From assembly GCA_003693705.1 (NCBI GenBank), contig RBZT01000125.1, positions 248,001 through 312,000 on the forward strand: 64,000 nucleotides of DNA, written 5' to 3'. This document shows positions 1 to 17,323 of this stretch, in pieces. Origin of the DNA: Polymyxa betae A26-41 (lineage: Eukaryota; Protista; Endomyxa: Phytomyxea). The translations under genes were made by a program, and so were the position numbers. How positions within the stretch are numbered: position 1 is the first letter of the stretch; the number at the start of each line of letters is the position of its first letter. The notes under the pieces were generated by a model. That model searched no databases and was not told the origin of the DNA. It was given only the letters and a program-made list of their open reading frames with translations.

Positions 1-3000
1 TGGTCGATCATCAATCCAGGATTGGAACGGCGTTGCGAAGTTTGTTGCGCTGCAGTCCCAAAGGTACGCATTGAATGCGATTAAATAGAAATAACGGATC
101 AGGTAGTCTTTGGCTCTTCGAGAAAAAGCCTCACGATTGGTGCTGGTCACTGCTGATGCCGAACGCTGTTTCATGTCCAGAATAGCAACGCGAAGATTCT
201 GCATAGTGCTAAAGAAGCAATCAGTATGCGAGTCAGAAACTCATCATTAAAATAATGGCAAACCTGCACAGATCAATGACGTGGTCAGTTTCTAATTTGA
301 TTTTCGGTCCATTCGGCAGCACACGAATAAGGTTCTGGATAATCTTGTAAAACCCATCGGCGAGAGCAGAGTCCTGTTCCAATCAGATTGTGGCAACAGC
401 GAATGATGGCTCACCAACCTCTCCATTATTAACAGTTCGAGGCAGTTCCTCCAGTTCAACTTTGGAATTTGGCCAATGCAATGCCAGCAAACAACAGATT
501 ACCATGCCTATAAGTTAGCAGGCTTAAGATCAGAAACTACAAAAAGGGAAAGCGGTTACCAGTTGAAGTCCGGCCTCGTCCCATCTGGCAATTCCAAGAG
601 ATACAATACTTACTGGAACTCGGTGGAGTATCTCTCAGAAGACTCAGGATCTGATCGAGTGTTTCTGTCGCCGGTAAGTACTTCCAAATTACAGAACGAA
701 CAGGGGAATATACCAGGTAAAGGAGCATGCTCGTCGCTGATTGGTATACGATGGTACATCTGTTCGCCAAGCAGCGACTGTGAAAACATTTCTCGAGAAC
801 TGAATTTCAATCTCAGCACCGATTCATACAGGACAATTGTCCATTACGTTAATACACTTTCTGCGCCTTCGATTTGCTCCCAGAAAGAAATCAGATTTCC
901 ATCTTCGCCCTCATCATGAAGCAGAATTTGGCCGCCATATTTCTTCGCTTCCTTTCCTTCGATCTGAGATTATGAACGATTGAAAGCAATGATGGTACCT
1001 CTAGGATGTCCCGCTTTAGCTGCTTTTCCATCGCTTCCACCCGACGAGTTGTAATTCCGGTATGAATCAAATTTTCATAGGGATTGTCAACGTCCCTTCA
1101 TTAAGCAGTTAGAGAAAGTAAATGAAGCATACCAGTTCAACCTCAAAACAAACGGAAAATCGTTGATATAGACCAACGGTTCTTCCCGTAAATTCATCCA
1201 AACAAAGTCCAGATTAGGCAGGTGCCGTTTTACTTCAGAAATCACGTTCTGAACCCCGATCTAAAAACTGGTTTACAACGAGGTTACAGAATACAGATAA
1301 TACCCACTTTAGTTGGGACAGCAACTCCAACGATTCTCATTGACTCTATGAAACGGAAATTCGGGGCACCTTCCAATATCGGCAAAAGATCTTGCCTTTG
1401 TGCTCCTGGGAAGTAGTCCCCTTTAAGTACCGATAATGGGACTAAAACGGAGCCTAAACAAGAATCACTTATGCGAAGGAAGGTACATTGAGCTTGAGAC
1501 TGTTAAACCTGTTCGATTTTCAAAAACTTGGGCATTCTGATCTGTCGCTAGAATGGCAGGAAGCTTAACAGCATCAAGCGGGGAATTTCGACAATTCTCC
1601 ATCCATAGACCGATCTCACCACGATCGGCCAGCCAAGTTGAAAATTTAGTATCAGCCTAATCAGCGAAGTTAAGTGAAAGACGTTTTACATCATCTATAA
1701 ACTCTTACAGGAAGCTTGCCTTTGAATCTGTCGTGGAGGTACGAATTGATACATACGATATAAGCATATCTATAAGGAGTCTTAAAACGAAAAGAATAAA
1801 TCAAATAAGCCATTAGACAGATACCGTTGCAAATACTGCACACATTTCACCAGATAAACATCTGATTGACCTTGAGATACACGTTCTGTTTCCCAACGCA
1901 TTCTGGCGTCAAAAATCACGTCACGAAGATGATATATCTTCCCACACATTGCAATAGCACAATCGACCTCACGAACAATCTGGCGCCCATTTTTTAGGAT
2001 TCGAGTTAAGCTCAGGATAGCTTTGCATCCTGAAAATAATTAGCACAATTAGTCTGCAGAAAAGTATATAGAAAACCTAATTGAAGAGAATCCGGAGGGC
2101 ATTGATCAGAATCGGCAGCCACCAGTTCAGAAATCTCAGACGGCGATTTTAGATGTATCAAGCCCATATGCATCATAATAAGCAAAGAAATTCTGCCAAA
2201 ATTCAATTTGATGGGCTAAGCTGATAAACGTGACTTACGAGACAGCAACTGATGATCTCCCACGACCATGCTACAAATAAAGTGAACTTTTCATTTGAAG
2301 AACTTCCCAAATCCCTACTTGGCAGTTAAAGCAAATTGCGGAGCCTGGTACAAGGCTGCTAATAATCGTCTCAATAAGCAGATCAAACGATTGTGCTGTC
2401 GGTGCTCCAAATGCTTGAAGCGGAACGTGCTTATAAACGAGTCTAAGGAAAGACATCAATGTGAAGTTCATGACAACCACCGAATTCTAACTGGATATCG
2501 GATCGCTTATCTGCGACATTGGTGAAGACTTCCGAGGCAGTCTGAACCATACCGTTTGGTTCAGATACAGGGAACACAAAAGGCCGAATTCGAGAATTGG
2601 AGGCTTCAAAGTGCAAAAGAATAGAAGAATCATTTCGTTCAATTTCCTTTAACGTATCGTCCTAAATTAAATGTTAATCTGGGCATAACCATTAAGAACG
2701 TTCAGAAGTTCACAAAGAAAAAATGAGAGAAAGAAATTGGATTGGGGCGGTTTACTTTTAATCGATATTCGATCTCAGCAAGTCTGGATGAAGTCAACCC
2801 AACTTCGAATTCCTTCAATGTGCGGAATGAATGGAAATAGTCGCGAAGAACGAAAGGTGTCGAATCGATGAACAGAATGGGCTCTGATACGAGCGAAATC
2901 CACACAATTGTGGGAGTTGGTTGCACCGGAATGACTTGTCGTGACAGTCGGTCAATTGCAATCAGTAATCCATTAACGTCAGGCAACCCTGTTCAAGCGT

Positions 3001-5519
3001 TAGCGGAGTACACTAACGGAATCGTGAGCAATACCCAACGCAGCTAGTGCCAATCCTGGAACAATGAAAAAATTGGGAAAATTGCCAGAGATTGTGCTCA
3101 GAGAAGAAGGTTGTTCTTGATCCGATACAGACTCCAAAACATAAACAGATTTCAGCATCATGTTTTTCCCCAAAACCGAACCCTAATGGCGACTGTGTGA
3201 GAAAGGGATGGAGCATTATGGAGGATCACCTGTCGTTTGGAAACAATCAAATCGGATTCAGATGCGGGCTTTCCAATAGAGTCGCTGCTAAGGGGGACAA
3301 ATGTGGCCAGCTGTTCTTCCGAGACACATTGTTCTGCCAATCTTACCAACTCGTAGTTCTCCTTCATGAACATTTCGAACGCAACCGAAGGCAACTTGAT
3401 GTCTGGCCCTCCCTTAAGTGCAATTGGCGAAAGCAGATTTGACACATTTCAAGTGATAGTTTACCACGTATTGGCCAATGTCTCCCGGCTCGAAGAATTT
3501 CCTCAAATAGGCACCAAAACAGATTAGCAAAAAGTATCGTTGAATACGAAGAGCGGTGCTATTGTACATCATGTTATTCAGGCCAACGATTTGCAGACAA
3601 CGTCTTACTTTTTGGCGTAAAGATAGGCGGTGGTATCGTCAGATGCGATTTCCATTTGCATACGAGTTTCTAAAACTGCATTACGAACGTTGTGGACAGC
3701 ACCACATGCATTAATGGCAATGTCGATATCGTCTTTCGCTTCTTGTCCATGATAGAGCACCCGAAGCAATCTTCGTATAACAGGATATTCACTGCGAGCA
3801 GCAAGTCAAGAGACAGCCTGATGCAAATTTGACACACTGAAATACCCTCGCTGATATGCTGCGATATTTGCAGACTCTAGGTGAGTACTTCCGTTTTCGA
3901 TTTCGTCTCGATTTGAGTCAATCAATCCAAATCGCATAAACAGCAAGCGCATGACAATGGTGCCAAGGGTCGATCTTCCTCCGCCCATCTGGCATGAGAA
4001 AATGTGCACTCCTAACCGAATTCAAAGATGAGACAGCCAAACACGCGACAGTGATTACCCTCCGAATTTGAATGTAAAGAATAAAAGAATACACGAACCA
4101 AATGATCCTGTGCAAAAACGTCAGTCAGTTTTCGTTGCCAAAGATCCCATTAACTAAGCAGAAGGCATACAATATCTTTCGCGTCGAAAACGCTCTCTGG
4201 TGTGATAGGTATACGCGAATATGTAATCTTGTATCCCTTTTCGCTTAAATGTTCGAACACTTCACGAGACGTCATTACAGATGACGACGTGACACTTTCC
4301 CAACATGGTCGAACGTGATGTTTGGATACTTCATCATGAACTAAAATATTACCCCTACGAAAAGGTTTCACTAAGTTCTCGATTGCGATTGAATGGAGCG
4401 AACCGATTCTTTTGGGCTTCAATCAAGATATCTTCTTTCAGACGAGCCTCAATTTGTTCCAAACGCTGGTAATCGATACCAGCAAAGTCCTTCATATTTC
4501 GAAAAGGATGTGCAAGTTCTCTTAAAACGAAAGGACGATTATTTAGATACACAATCGGCTCTTATCGACATAGTGAATACGAGCAGTCGTTGTGAACTTT
4601 ACCGCATACCTTCTCTAAGGGAAATCCAACGAACGGTCTTCCCTTTTAACAAATTGAGTATGGTTCGAATAGAATGCCGAGACGGCTGCCCAACAGCAAA
4701 TATGGGCTCGTCTCCAATTTGTCGAAAATTAGGGGCATCAGTGACATGGACATCGAGATCTGGCAAGGAATCCACTTCTGTTGGAAACCTATCCGTTTTC
4801 AGCACTGAAAAATGAATAAAAAGGCCGATTGCGGGTAAGCGGAATCAGATACCCATAGATTTGCCCAGGACTTGACCATCGCGCTCCTGAACTATCATAT
4901 TTAATGGTAACAGTTCACTGAACGCCTGTGTATGGGCACTATTCGTCAAAGCCTTGGACCTGCAGAGATGATCATCAGTTAAGCTACCATCAAATTCTCG
5001 ATCATTCTAGGTGAGAAATTCGCAAAACGTTGTGCAATCAGCATACACTGTGGCATTTGGAGATTTTGAGCTTCTTCTACTAGAACACATCCGTTCAGCA
5101 TGGGCAGTAACTGACCGGGTCCTCCTGATCCCTTGCGGTTGAAGGGACTGCATATCCGGCTGCGACCGTGTGTAATGCATGGGCTGTTATTTGTATCGGC
5201 CAAAGGCCCAGGTTCGCGCCGCTTCTCTTAAATGAATTATCAGACGAATGAATCGCTAACAATCAATACACCGTTAATGATGAAGGACACAAAGAACAGT
5301 AGGCTATGGCTGTATTGATCGTTACCCGTGGATGTTGGAACCCCCGCCCAGTAGCCGCACAATACAATCCGCCTTTATTATGCTCTGTGGTCTTATATAG
5401 TCTTCATGGGCTTGAAGATTATTAGCTGGGAGCACAAGTATCTGTGATGAAGTAAATAACCCTGATATTGAGCTTACGGTTTGTTTGCACATACCGAGTT
5501 CCAAATTGGGCATGTACAT
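1..5519 (-). CDS. Paladin-like protein with three PTP-like (inositol-phosphate phosphatase/phytase-like) domains; multi-exon, 3' end runs off the window, start uncertain
   Basis: Exon fragments carry repeated paladin motifs (LKTDRFP..DAPNFR, WISLRE, NNRPFVLR, YSRIPIT, YHRIPISDEHAP). Three CX5R loops are present: FSCQMGGGRST (~3990), FNCQ|HGRGRSS across an intron (~2255-2325), and WNCQMGRGRTST (~580). Confidence 0.8.
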
Positions 5520-5732
5520 TTTTTATCCTCTGGGATAATCACAAACAAGACAGAAGTAGTCTCAAGGATAACATTTCATCGCAATTATCAAAAGCTGTAT
5601 GTTTTGACAAATGACTCAGTTTATTGCTGGGAAAAATGTTTGCATAAATAGACTAACTTCGCAGTAGCGGGCAATAAGAATGAGAATTATCGGAAACAAC
5701 GTATTTTACAACTCTGCTGCAAGTATCAACCT

Positions 5733-7024
5733 TTAGGCAATTTCTGCCGGGTGACGATGATCTTCCTCAACTGTCACATTCAAAGGAGCATGTCCTTTTC
5801 CTGAATTTTTCAAATGCGGGAACCGATACAATCCCATTCGCATCTTAATATACGCCACGGTCGCCGAAGCTACGTCAAACCCGGTTGCCTCTTCCAGGCC
5901 TTCGAAACCCGGTGAAGAGTTGATTTCGCAAATCTTGTACGTATCCTTGTCGATCAAAAGGTCAATTCCAGCAATATCTAATCCAGTCAGACGTGTAGCT
6001 TCAAGAACTAGCCATTCGATTTGTGGTGAAATTTTGACAGAACGAACGCTTCCTCCTTGATGCACATTAGCTTTGAAACCTTTCGAAGCAACTCGCATCA
6101 TCGATGCTACCACTCGCCCACCGACAACAAGAACTCGAAGATCTCGCCCCTTACTGTGCTCGAGAAACTCCTGAAATATGAGAGGCTCAGTTGGGTCGAG
6201 AAGATCAACCAGATCTTCAAGATTCTCATGATCTTTAACTAAAAGTATCCCTTTTCCTTGACTTCCAGAGCTTTTCTTAACAATGATAGGGTACTTGAAG
6301 TGATTTTCGACAACGTTAAAGTTGATGGGAAATTTTGCCAATAAGGTCTTTGCAATTGGAAGCCCATGGGCGGCCATCACTTGCATTGTCTGCAGCTTAT
6401 CACGAGAAATTTCAATGCTTTGGCAGCCATTTAGAACGGTGACACCCATCTTTTCAATCTGGCGAACAACCGCCAGCCCGAAATAATCAATGCTCGCTCC
6501 CGTGCGAACCAGAACGATATCGGGTAATTCGACCTTTTTACCGTTATAAAGAATATCTTCAAGTCCACCTTTGCTTGCCAAAAGATCAAAGCGATACGTT
6601 GCCATAAATCGCATGCAGATATTGCGAGCAAACGAGGCTTCCCAAAGGCGGCGCTTTACATAACCGTCAATCTGCTCACATCGAACGAGACACCAAACAA
6701 TAAGAGCTGGGTTTGATAAAGTCTGCTGGTAAAAACTAACATCTTGAGCGTTTAGATAGATTACGCTTGGACCATAATGCAGCGGCTGTACCAGGAGTAG
6801 TCAGCAACGAAAATTGTAAACACAAACATTTATACCTGTATATTATAGCGAGTAAAATTTTCTGGTACAGTGACAGAGACAGAATGCTCTTGGTATTTAT
6901 CGAGGTGAGCAGGCCTGCATGGCAGCGTAACCTGGGTTCCATTTGCTTCAGGAATATCCTGTATTTTGAACCAAGTGACATTTTTTGGAATCGATCCCTC
7001 ATCTTCGCCCACAGCGGCGACCAT
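5733..7024 (-). CDS. RimK-family ATP-grasp amino-acid (glutamate) ligase with an N-terminal extension
   Basis: ORF 5733-6614 has RimK motifs VRTGASIDYFG, SRDKL, GSQGKG, QEF, GRDLRVLVVGG, FKANVHQGG, EINSSPGFEG. The frame is open upstream to ~6735. The probable first exon is 6836-7024, and how it splices is uncertain. Confidence 0.88.
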
Positions 7025-7387
7025 AGTCTCAAAAATACAGCTTAGATGCTGTGAACAGCCACAGCCACAATATGGACAGAGAAAGCGTTATGGAGGTAAA
7101 ACCACTGATAAACAAACAGGGTTGGTTAAACCATTCGAAAATCGCCAGTGCTATCTACCAGTACAGTGCAATCCAGTAAGTAACGTTCGCTCAACTAAAA
7201 AGTGAAAAATCCACGATGACTCTGTGAGCCGAGCAACCTACGGGTCTGCGACCTGCAAAGCGCTTTTCATTATTTTCACTTAGGGGCGGATAAAATATGT
7301 GCGTGCTGGACCGATTTTCCGTGACCGTCGCGTTACCGCTCAATCAAGAGCAATCTCATCCACGAGCTGAATATTGGCGAGCATTCC

Positions 7388-7435
7388 TGTCAACTGGCAA
7401 CAGTAAAATATTGTCAGCTGGCAACTGCAAAATAT
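7388..7435 (+). repeat. Two-copy 24-bp tandem repeat
   Basis: TGTCAACTGGCAACAGTAAAATAT followed by TGTCAGCTGGCAACTGCAAAATAT (3 mismatches). Confidence 0.7.
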
Positions 7436-7737
7436 TTCTAATGTCCCCAGTTTTAGCGAGTTCAGGATATTGGTTTTAATAAGCAATTGTATGCTCAGTT
7501 GACGACAGCTTCTCTTAACAAAATTACAGCTAGCGTTGCCTGCGTTGCCGTAAACTGTGCTTATGTAAACACCAGTAATGCATGTTTGACAACACTCAAG
7601 CGAACAATACAGAACAAAGCTACCTAAATGCCAAAGTTGGCCTTTGATTGCTATTTCAGATCAAATCGATCATACTTTGATAAATAATTTTTAATGCTCT
7701 ATAAAACTCCAACAATTTCATATATATCCTCGTATTA

Positions 7738-9321
7738 TTAAAGATGTCGTATCTTAAAGAAGAGGACGTAAGCGGCGGTTGAGCAGACGACCGATGCAGA
7801 AATCTTTTTAGCAGCACAATCATTGAATTCTGCCCATGTGACAGGAGATATCATGCCCATGGCTGTATAATGTCCTCCTGACGTACTCCCATAATGGTTG
7901 CTAACAGCCTTCAGGTCGTATATCGGAGGTGGTTTTAAACGGGCCGTTTCGCTTGCAAACTTTGAAAGATCAAGGCCCAGTAACGGGAACGATATCAATG
8001 TATCCAGTTTCCGAGGAAACACGGATGAAAACTCGAACCGCTTGAGATGAACCACGAGTATCTCTGGGAACCTATGTATGGACATTCTCCTTTTAGCGAA
8101 TACCTGACTCTTACATTTTGAGCAATAGTAATCAGAAATCGATTCCTCAGCTGTGAAAATCTTGAAGCAATCGTCAAGTGAAGAAGCCGCTACAGATCCT
8201 GTTTTAATCTGCAGAGAGAGATCCCAAAATGGGTCAAACGTCCGAGATCTATGTGAGCATTCGGTGCAGACAACCTCGTTTTTAAGTTGGCCGGAAAACA
8301 AACTTGAGATAAACGAACGATTACGTTCGGTGTAATTGTTCCACCATAACTCTGATACGAAATCATCGGTGTCGCCTATTTTTTCAGTAATTTCTGAATA
8401 AGGAGGCGCTTTTCGAATCTCGTTAATGTCATCATGAATTCCGGAAAGTAGAGTTCTGAGAAAAATCAATCAACAAACACATAATGCCCTTCTGTAGTAT
8501 TGTTTCTACCTGAGAAATTCTTGGCTATCTTGTTGAGCATAGCCCGAAAACCTGCGGCAGATACTGCCCAAAACATCTTTAATATCGCTAGGACGAACAA
8601 CCTGCCCATCAGGACCTCTACGAAGTTTCGCCATCAGTGTTGAGAATGATTGCACTAGACGGCCTCTCGAGGGAGATTTCGTGTTAATGTCCGACGCATG
8701 CTTGTTCTCAGCAAAATACCCGATGATTTCAGATAAGCAGGCAAGCGATTGCAGCTGAGAAGCCATAAAACAAGTGTTCCCCAGGTTGGCCAATCCAACT
8801 AGGCACCTGTAATTCGTAACATTCTGTACCGCTGTGGATTGTGAGGACACAGTTGACTGCAGGGATGCCTGGGCGGAATGTATTCCATTATGAATCGGCT
8901 TTGCAGATGCTACAGAATTGGTATCCTGTTCCGATGGTGAAAGCCGCGAATGATTGACGAGTGGCCGTTGCACTGATGGTTCTGGTAGAGGCTTTCGAGA
9001 GACGGGAGTATCCAAAACGGAGACGTCGCTTTTCGAATAGTCAGATATCGATAGTCGGCTTAAAGGAAGGGAATCAGAAAATCGAAGTGTAGAATCCAGC
9101 TGCGAACGCTTTACTGGCGATAGCTGAAATTTCGGTGATAGAGACGAAATTCTCTTCGTTATAGGTTGCACTTTGCCATTTTCCAATGATATCGGATCCG
9201 ACAATGCTCGAAAGTTGGTAATATTAGGTCTAATCACAGAACTGGTGGTGTTTAATGACGTTGATATCGATTTTGATGGGCGTAGCTCAGGGAGATCATA
9301 GAGCCGGTTCCTATTGGACAT
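7738..9321 (-). CDS. Ubiquitin-specific protease (C19, USP2/USP8/USP21-like), 2 exons
   Basis: Cys box GLANLGNTCFMASQLQ, QQDSQEFL, HLKRF, His box NHYGSTSGGHY, FND, AYVLF. A GT-AG intron near 8456-8509 joins the two ORFs in frame. Confidence 0.93.
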
Positions 9322-9759
9322 GGCAGGAACGACTCATTAAGCCTGGTTTCTGAAGCCCATCATATCTAAGCTTGGAATCTGTAGGTAAAACTAGTACAGA
9401 AGATTTAGATATGGGACGGCTGGCGATCGCCATGAGATGTGACGATCGAGTCATCACATTCACATTTCTCTGCAAATTGTGTTCAAACAGTTTACAAGCA
9501 ACGCCACACTGTTCACGGACATTTTTTCAGCATTTGTGTGTAAAAATAAGTGCTTGATTATGTGGAAAAGCCATTGGAAATTGCCCGGGTTAAAATTGTG
9601 CGTCATCGACGGACGTCTCTCACGTTTCCAGAGGCGGAAACAGGAGCGAGGAGTAGAAGTTCCTGGTGGTTAGTTCCATTCCGCCTTTCGCAGCTGCCAA
9701 GGAATCCTTGATTTGTCGTCATTGGGCGACGTATTGGCCGTTGACGGTGTCATTCCATT

Positions 9760-14406
<4,647 letters not shown>

Positions 14407-14656
14407 CATCGAGCTCCTAAGTTACACATTGCCTATATATCTACATCTATAAAATCTGTTTCAGACAATCGTTTCTCATCGCCCAGTTGCCATCGATTTA
14501 TTCTATCAACTTGTCTCACATTATATGATTGCAAAGTAGCGAAACATTTTCACCTTGCGAGTTATTAATTCAGGTACAACTAGGGCATTGATCGCACGAC
14601 AATGTTGATTGAGTGGAGAATTTTTGTTGATTTTTTGAAGAAAAAAACTGCGATCC

Positions 14657-17216
14657 ATGACCCGAGGTTCGTTACATAGATGTCCCAGGGTTCTGTTACA
14701 GATCTGCATTGCTCCATCTAATAATGCAGATTCGTAATTGTCGTCTATTGAATGGATACATACTTCGATGTCAGAGCTATGGTGAGCTATACAAAATAAT
14801 CAATGATGATCTCGATCAGTTCAATGCTGTTAATTGCTCCACCGCACTGTACCGCTCAGCTTTGTTGGGAGCTACTGGGGATTGCTCGTCGATTTTATCG
14901 TCATTGATTGCGAGAACGCTGGCAGTTATTACTGACTCTTCCGAACAACTTAATTCTAAAACCTTGTCCAGCATTGCCTGGGCTGTCGCTAAATTATCGT
15001 CGTCTCATTCCATTTTGTTAAATCGCGATTCCTTGTCTACTTTGTATGGCGTTTGCATTCAATCTATCAAATGCTTTGATGCTCGAGGTATCGCTCAGCT
15101 CGTCTGGTCAATGGCAACAACCGGATTTCAAGACTCCAAATCTATCAAATCCCTGCTTCCTTCGGCGATGATATTTGCTCAACAGCGAGCATACAAAAGC
15201 CAAGAAATCTCGATGTAAATTGCTCACAGTTTCTATTGGACTTTGGTTTTCTTATTCCTGATAATTGCAGGCTTGCTTGGGGGTTCTGCACCCTGAATGC
15301 AGATATCAGTCGGTCATTTCTAACAGAAATCGCTAAGTCGTGCCTTGCATCTATCGATCACTTCACCGGTCAAGGCCTGGCTCATGTTGCTTGGACACTC
15401 GCACGATACAATCTTCATCATCCAAAGCTAATGTCCGCCATTGCTCATCGGCTTCACCGGATTGAATTTGATCTTCAAGCGCTTGCTTCCATTGCATGGT
15501 CGTTTAACAGATTGGAACTGGCTAATGATCAGATTTTAGCGACCTTGTCAGATCTCGTGCTGAAATCCAGTCTCTCTGGTATCTCCTCAAAGACAGCTGG
15601 GCAGTTGCTTGATGCATTCTCATCTTGGAATGTCACTAGCGATGTTATTAAGCAGATACTGGAGAGTTTGACATCGGAATCCATCGCTTCGATGAATTCA
15701 TCTGAAGCTGTACATATGCTGGGATGCATTTCAAAATTACCTGCTCCATTTGGATGTGCCTTAGATGATGTCGTGATGAAAGTTTCGGATTCTCTTCATG
15801 AATTGCAAGCAGAGGAGCTTGGGATTGCAGCGGCCGCGTTGAACCGCTTATTCAGACAGGGAAGAATCAAAGAGCTTAAGGATTGCATTCGTCAGCCTTT
15901 TGTGAAAGCTTCCAAGAAGGTGATCAATCAGCTTAATTGGAGATCAATTGGACATATTGAATTACTTCAACGAATTACGTGTGGCGAAGAATTCAGATGG
16001 CAGCGATCAGAGACTAAATTAGCCTCGAAACTTACAAATCGAATGCAGAATCTTTATGAGGAACTGGAATCGAATGCGAAAAATCGTAACGCGTCCCCTT
16101 TGGTCGCATTTACGGGTCTGAACTCTCCTATCTCAAAGCCTGCCTCTGTCCTGCTGATGGGCAATGACCCGGAAAATATTCTCGATGCCTTCTGCCGAGA
16201 TAATGATCTGCAATGTATTCATTGGTGCCGAAACATATCATCGACACAAAGATCCATCCATTGCTGGGATTCGATTGCAGAGAAATCCTTCGATGCTTGC
16301 ATCATCCGATTCGCTCCATCCATTGGTACGCTTTTTGTGTCGGTAGTTATCATGTTCTCCCATTGAGATTATTACAGTTGAATTTAAGATGATGATAGAT
16401 TTAGCTGCTTCAAAATTGTCCAGTGGTGATCCACTCTGGGTCTGTGGCCTACCAGAAGAGGGAATTTCTGGCATGCTGGCTGACAAAGCTTTCATTCCTA
16501 TGTTTACCAAGCCGGATTCAATTCTACAAACGAGCAACGCTGTGATTCTATCTGCAAAGCGATCCCAAATTCCACACACGAAATCCTTTGGACATTGGTT
16601 TCAGACTCGCAATGTTGAACGACACGAAATCAATGCTCCTGAATGGCATACCGCCCCTGGTCTCTTTGCTGGCGGCCTTGTGGATGTAATGACGGCGGAA
16701 TTACTAAGGGCAATCGAGCATATCAAACCGAAATGTCGTATTCTCGACTTTGGCTGTGGGTCTGGTGTCATTTCTGCATCGCTTTTAAGGCGGTTTCCTT
16801 CTACCAGGATTGTTATGACTGATTGTGACAGCATCGCGTTGACTGTCGCCAAACGTAATGTCCCTGATGCTGATCACGTGTTAGCGGATGGCTGGCATAA
16901 CTATCCCAAGCTGTTTCATATGATCGTCTCTAATCCGCCATATCACTCTGGACAAATGGACAGTTTCACTGTTGTACAGAATCTGATCGACGGTGCTGTA
17001 TCGAGGTTGAAGCCCGGCGGCTCGCTATATATTGTCAGCCAAGAGCAAGTTCCGATTGGCCGCCTGTTCGCTTGTTCTCCAGCCAAATACGAACTTATTT
17101 CATTATGTCCAACAGCTGATCCTCGATTCGTCGTTTGGAAAGCAGTCACTTACAACAAGCCAACTCGAATCGAATTGCCGTCTTCAGAGAAGCCAGTAAA
17201 GAGACGCAGGAGATGA
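14657..17216 (+). CDS. Helical-repeat (OPR/HPR/FASTK-like) protein fused to an RsmC-like class I SAM methyltransferase
   Basis: Repeats of the type 'F..Q.LA..AW...L' in 14709-16000. Introns at ~15215-15270 and ~16327-16377 join three ORFs in frame (ISM|LAW and APSI|VEFKMM). The C-terminal MTS domain has PGLFAGGLVD, LDFGCGSG and NPPYH. Confidence 0.8.
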
Positions 17217-17323
17217 GTGACATGTGAGCCTCTGTGTATCGTTAATCAGGATAACATAAACAATGATGTATGGTGGGGAATGTCATTGAATGGGCTCATT
17301 ATATCATAGACCTTCCTCTAGCT

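Noticed and set aside
1-7024. RimK and paladin as a fusion or operon-like unit
   Set aside because: RimK has its own stop at 5733 followed by non-coding sequence; sharing a strand is not evidence of linkage in a eukaryote.
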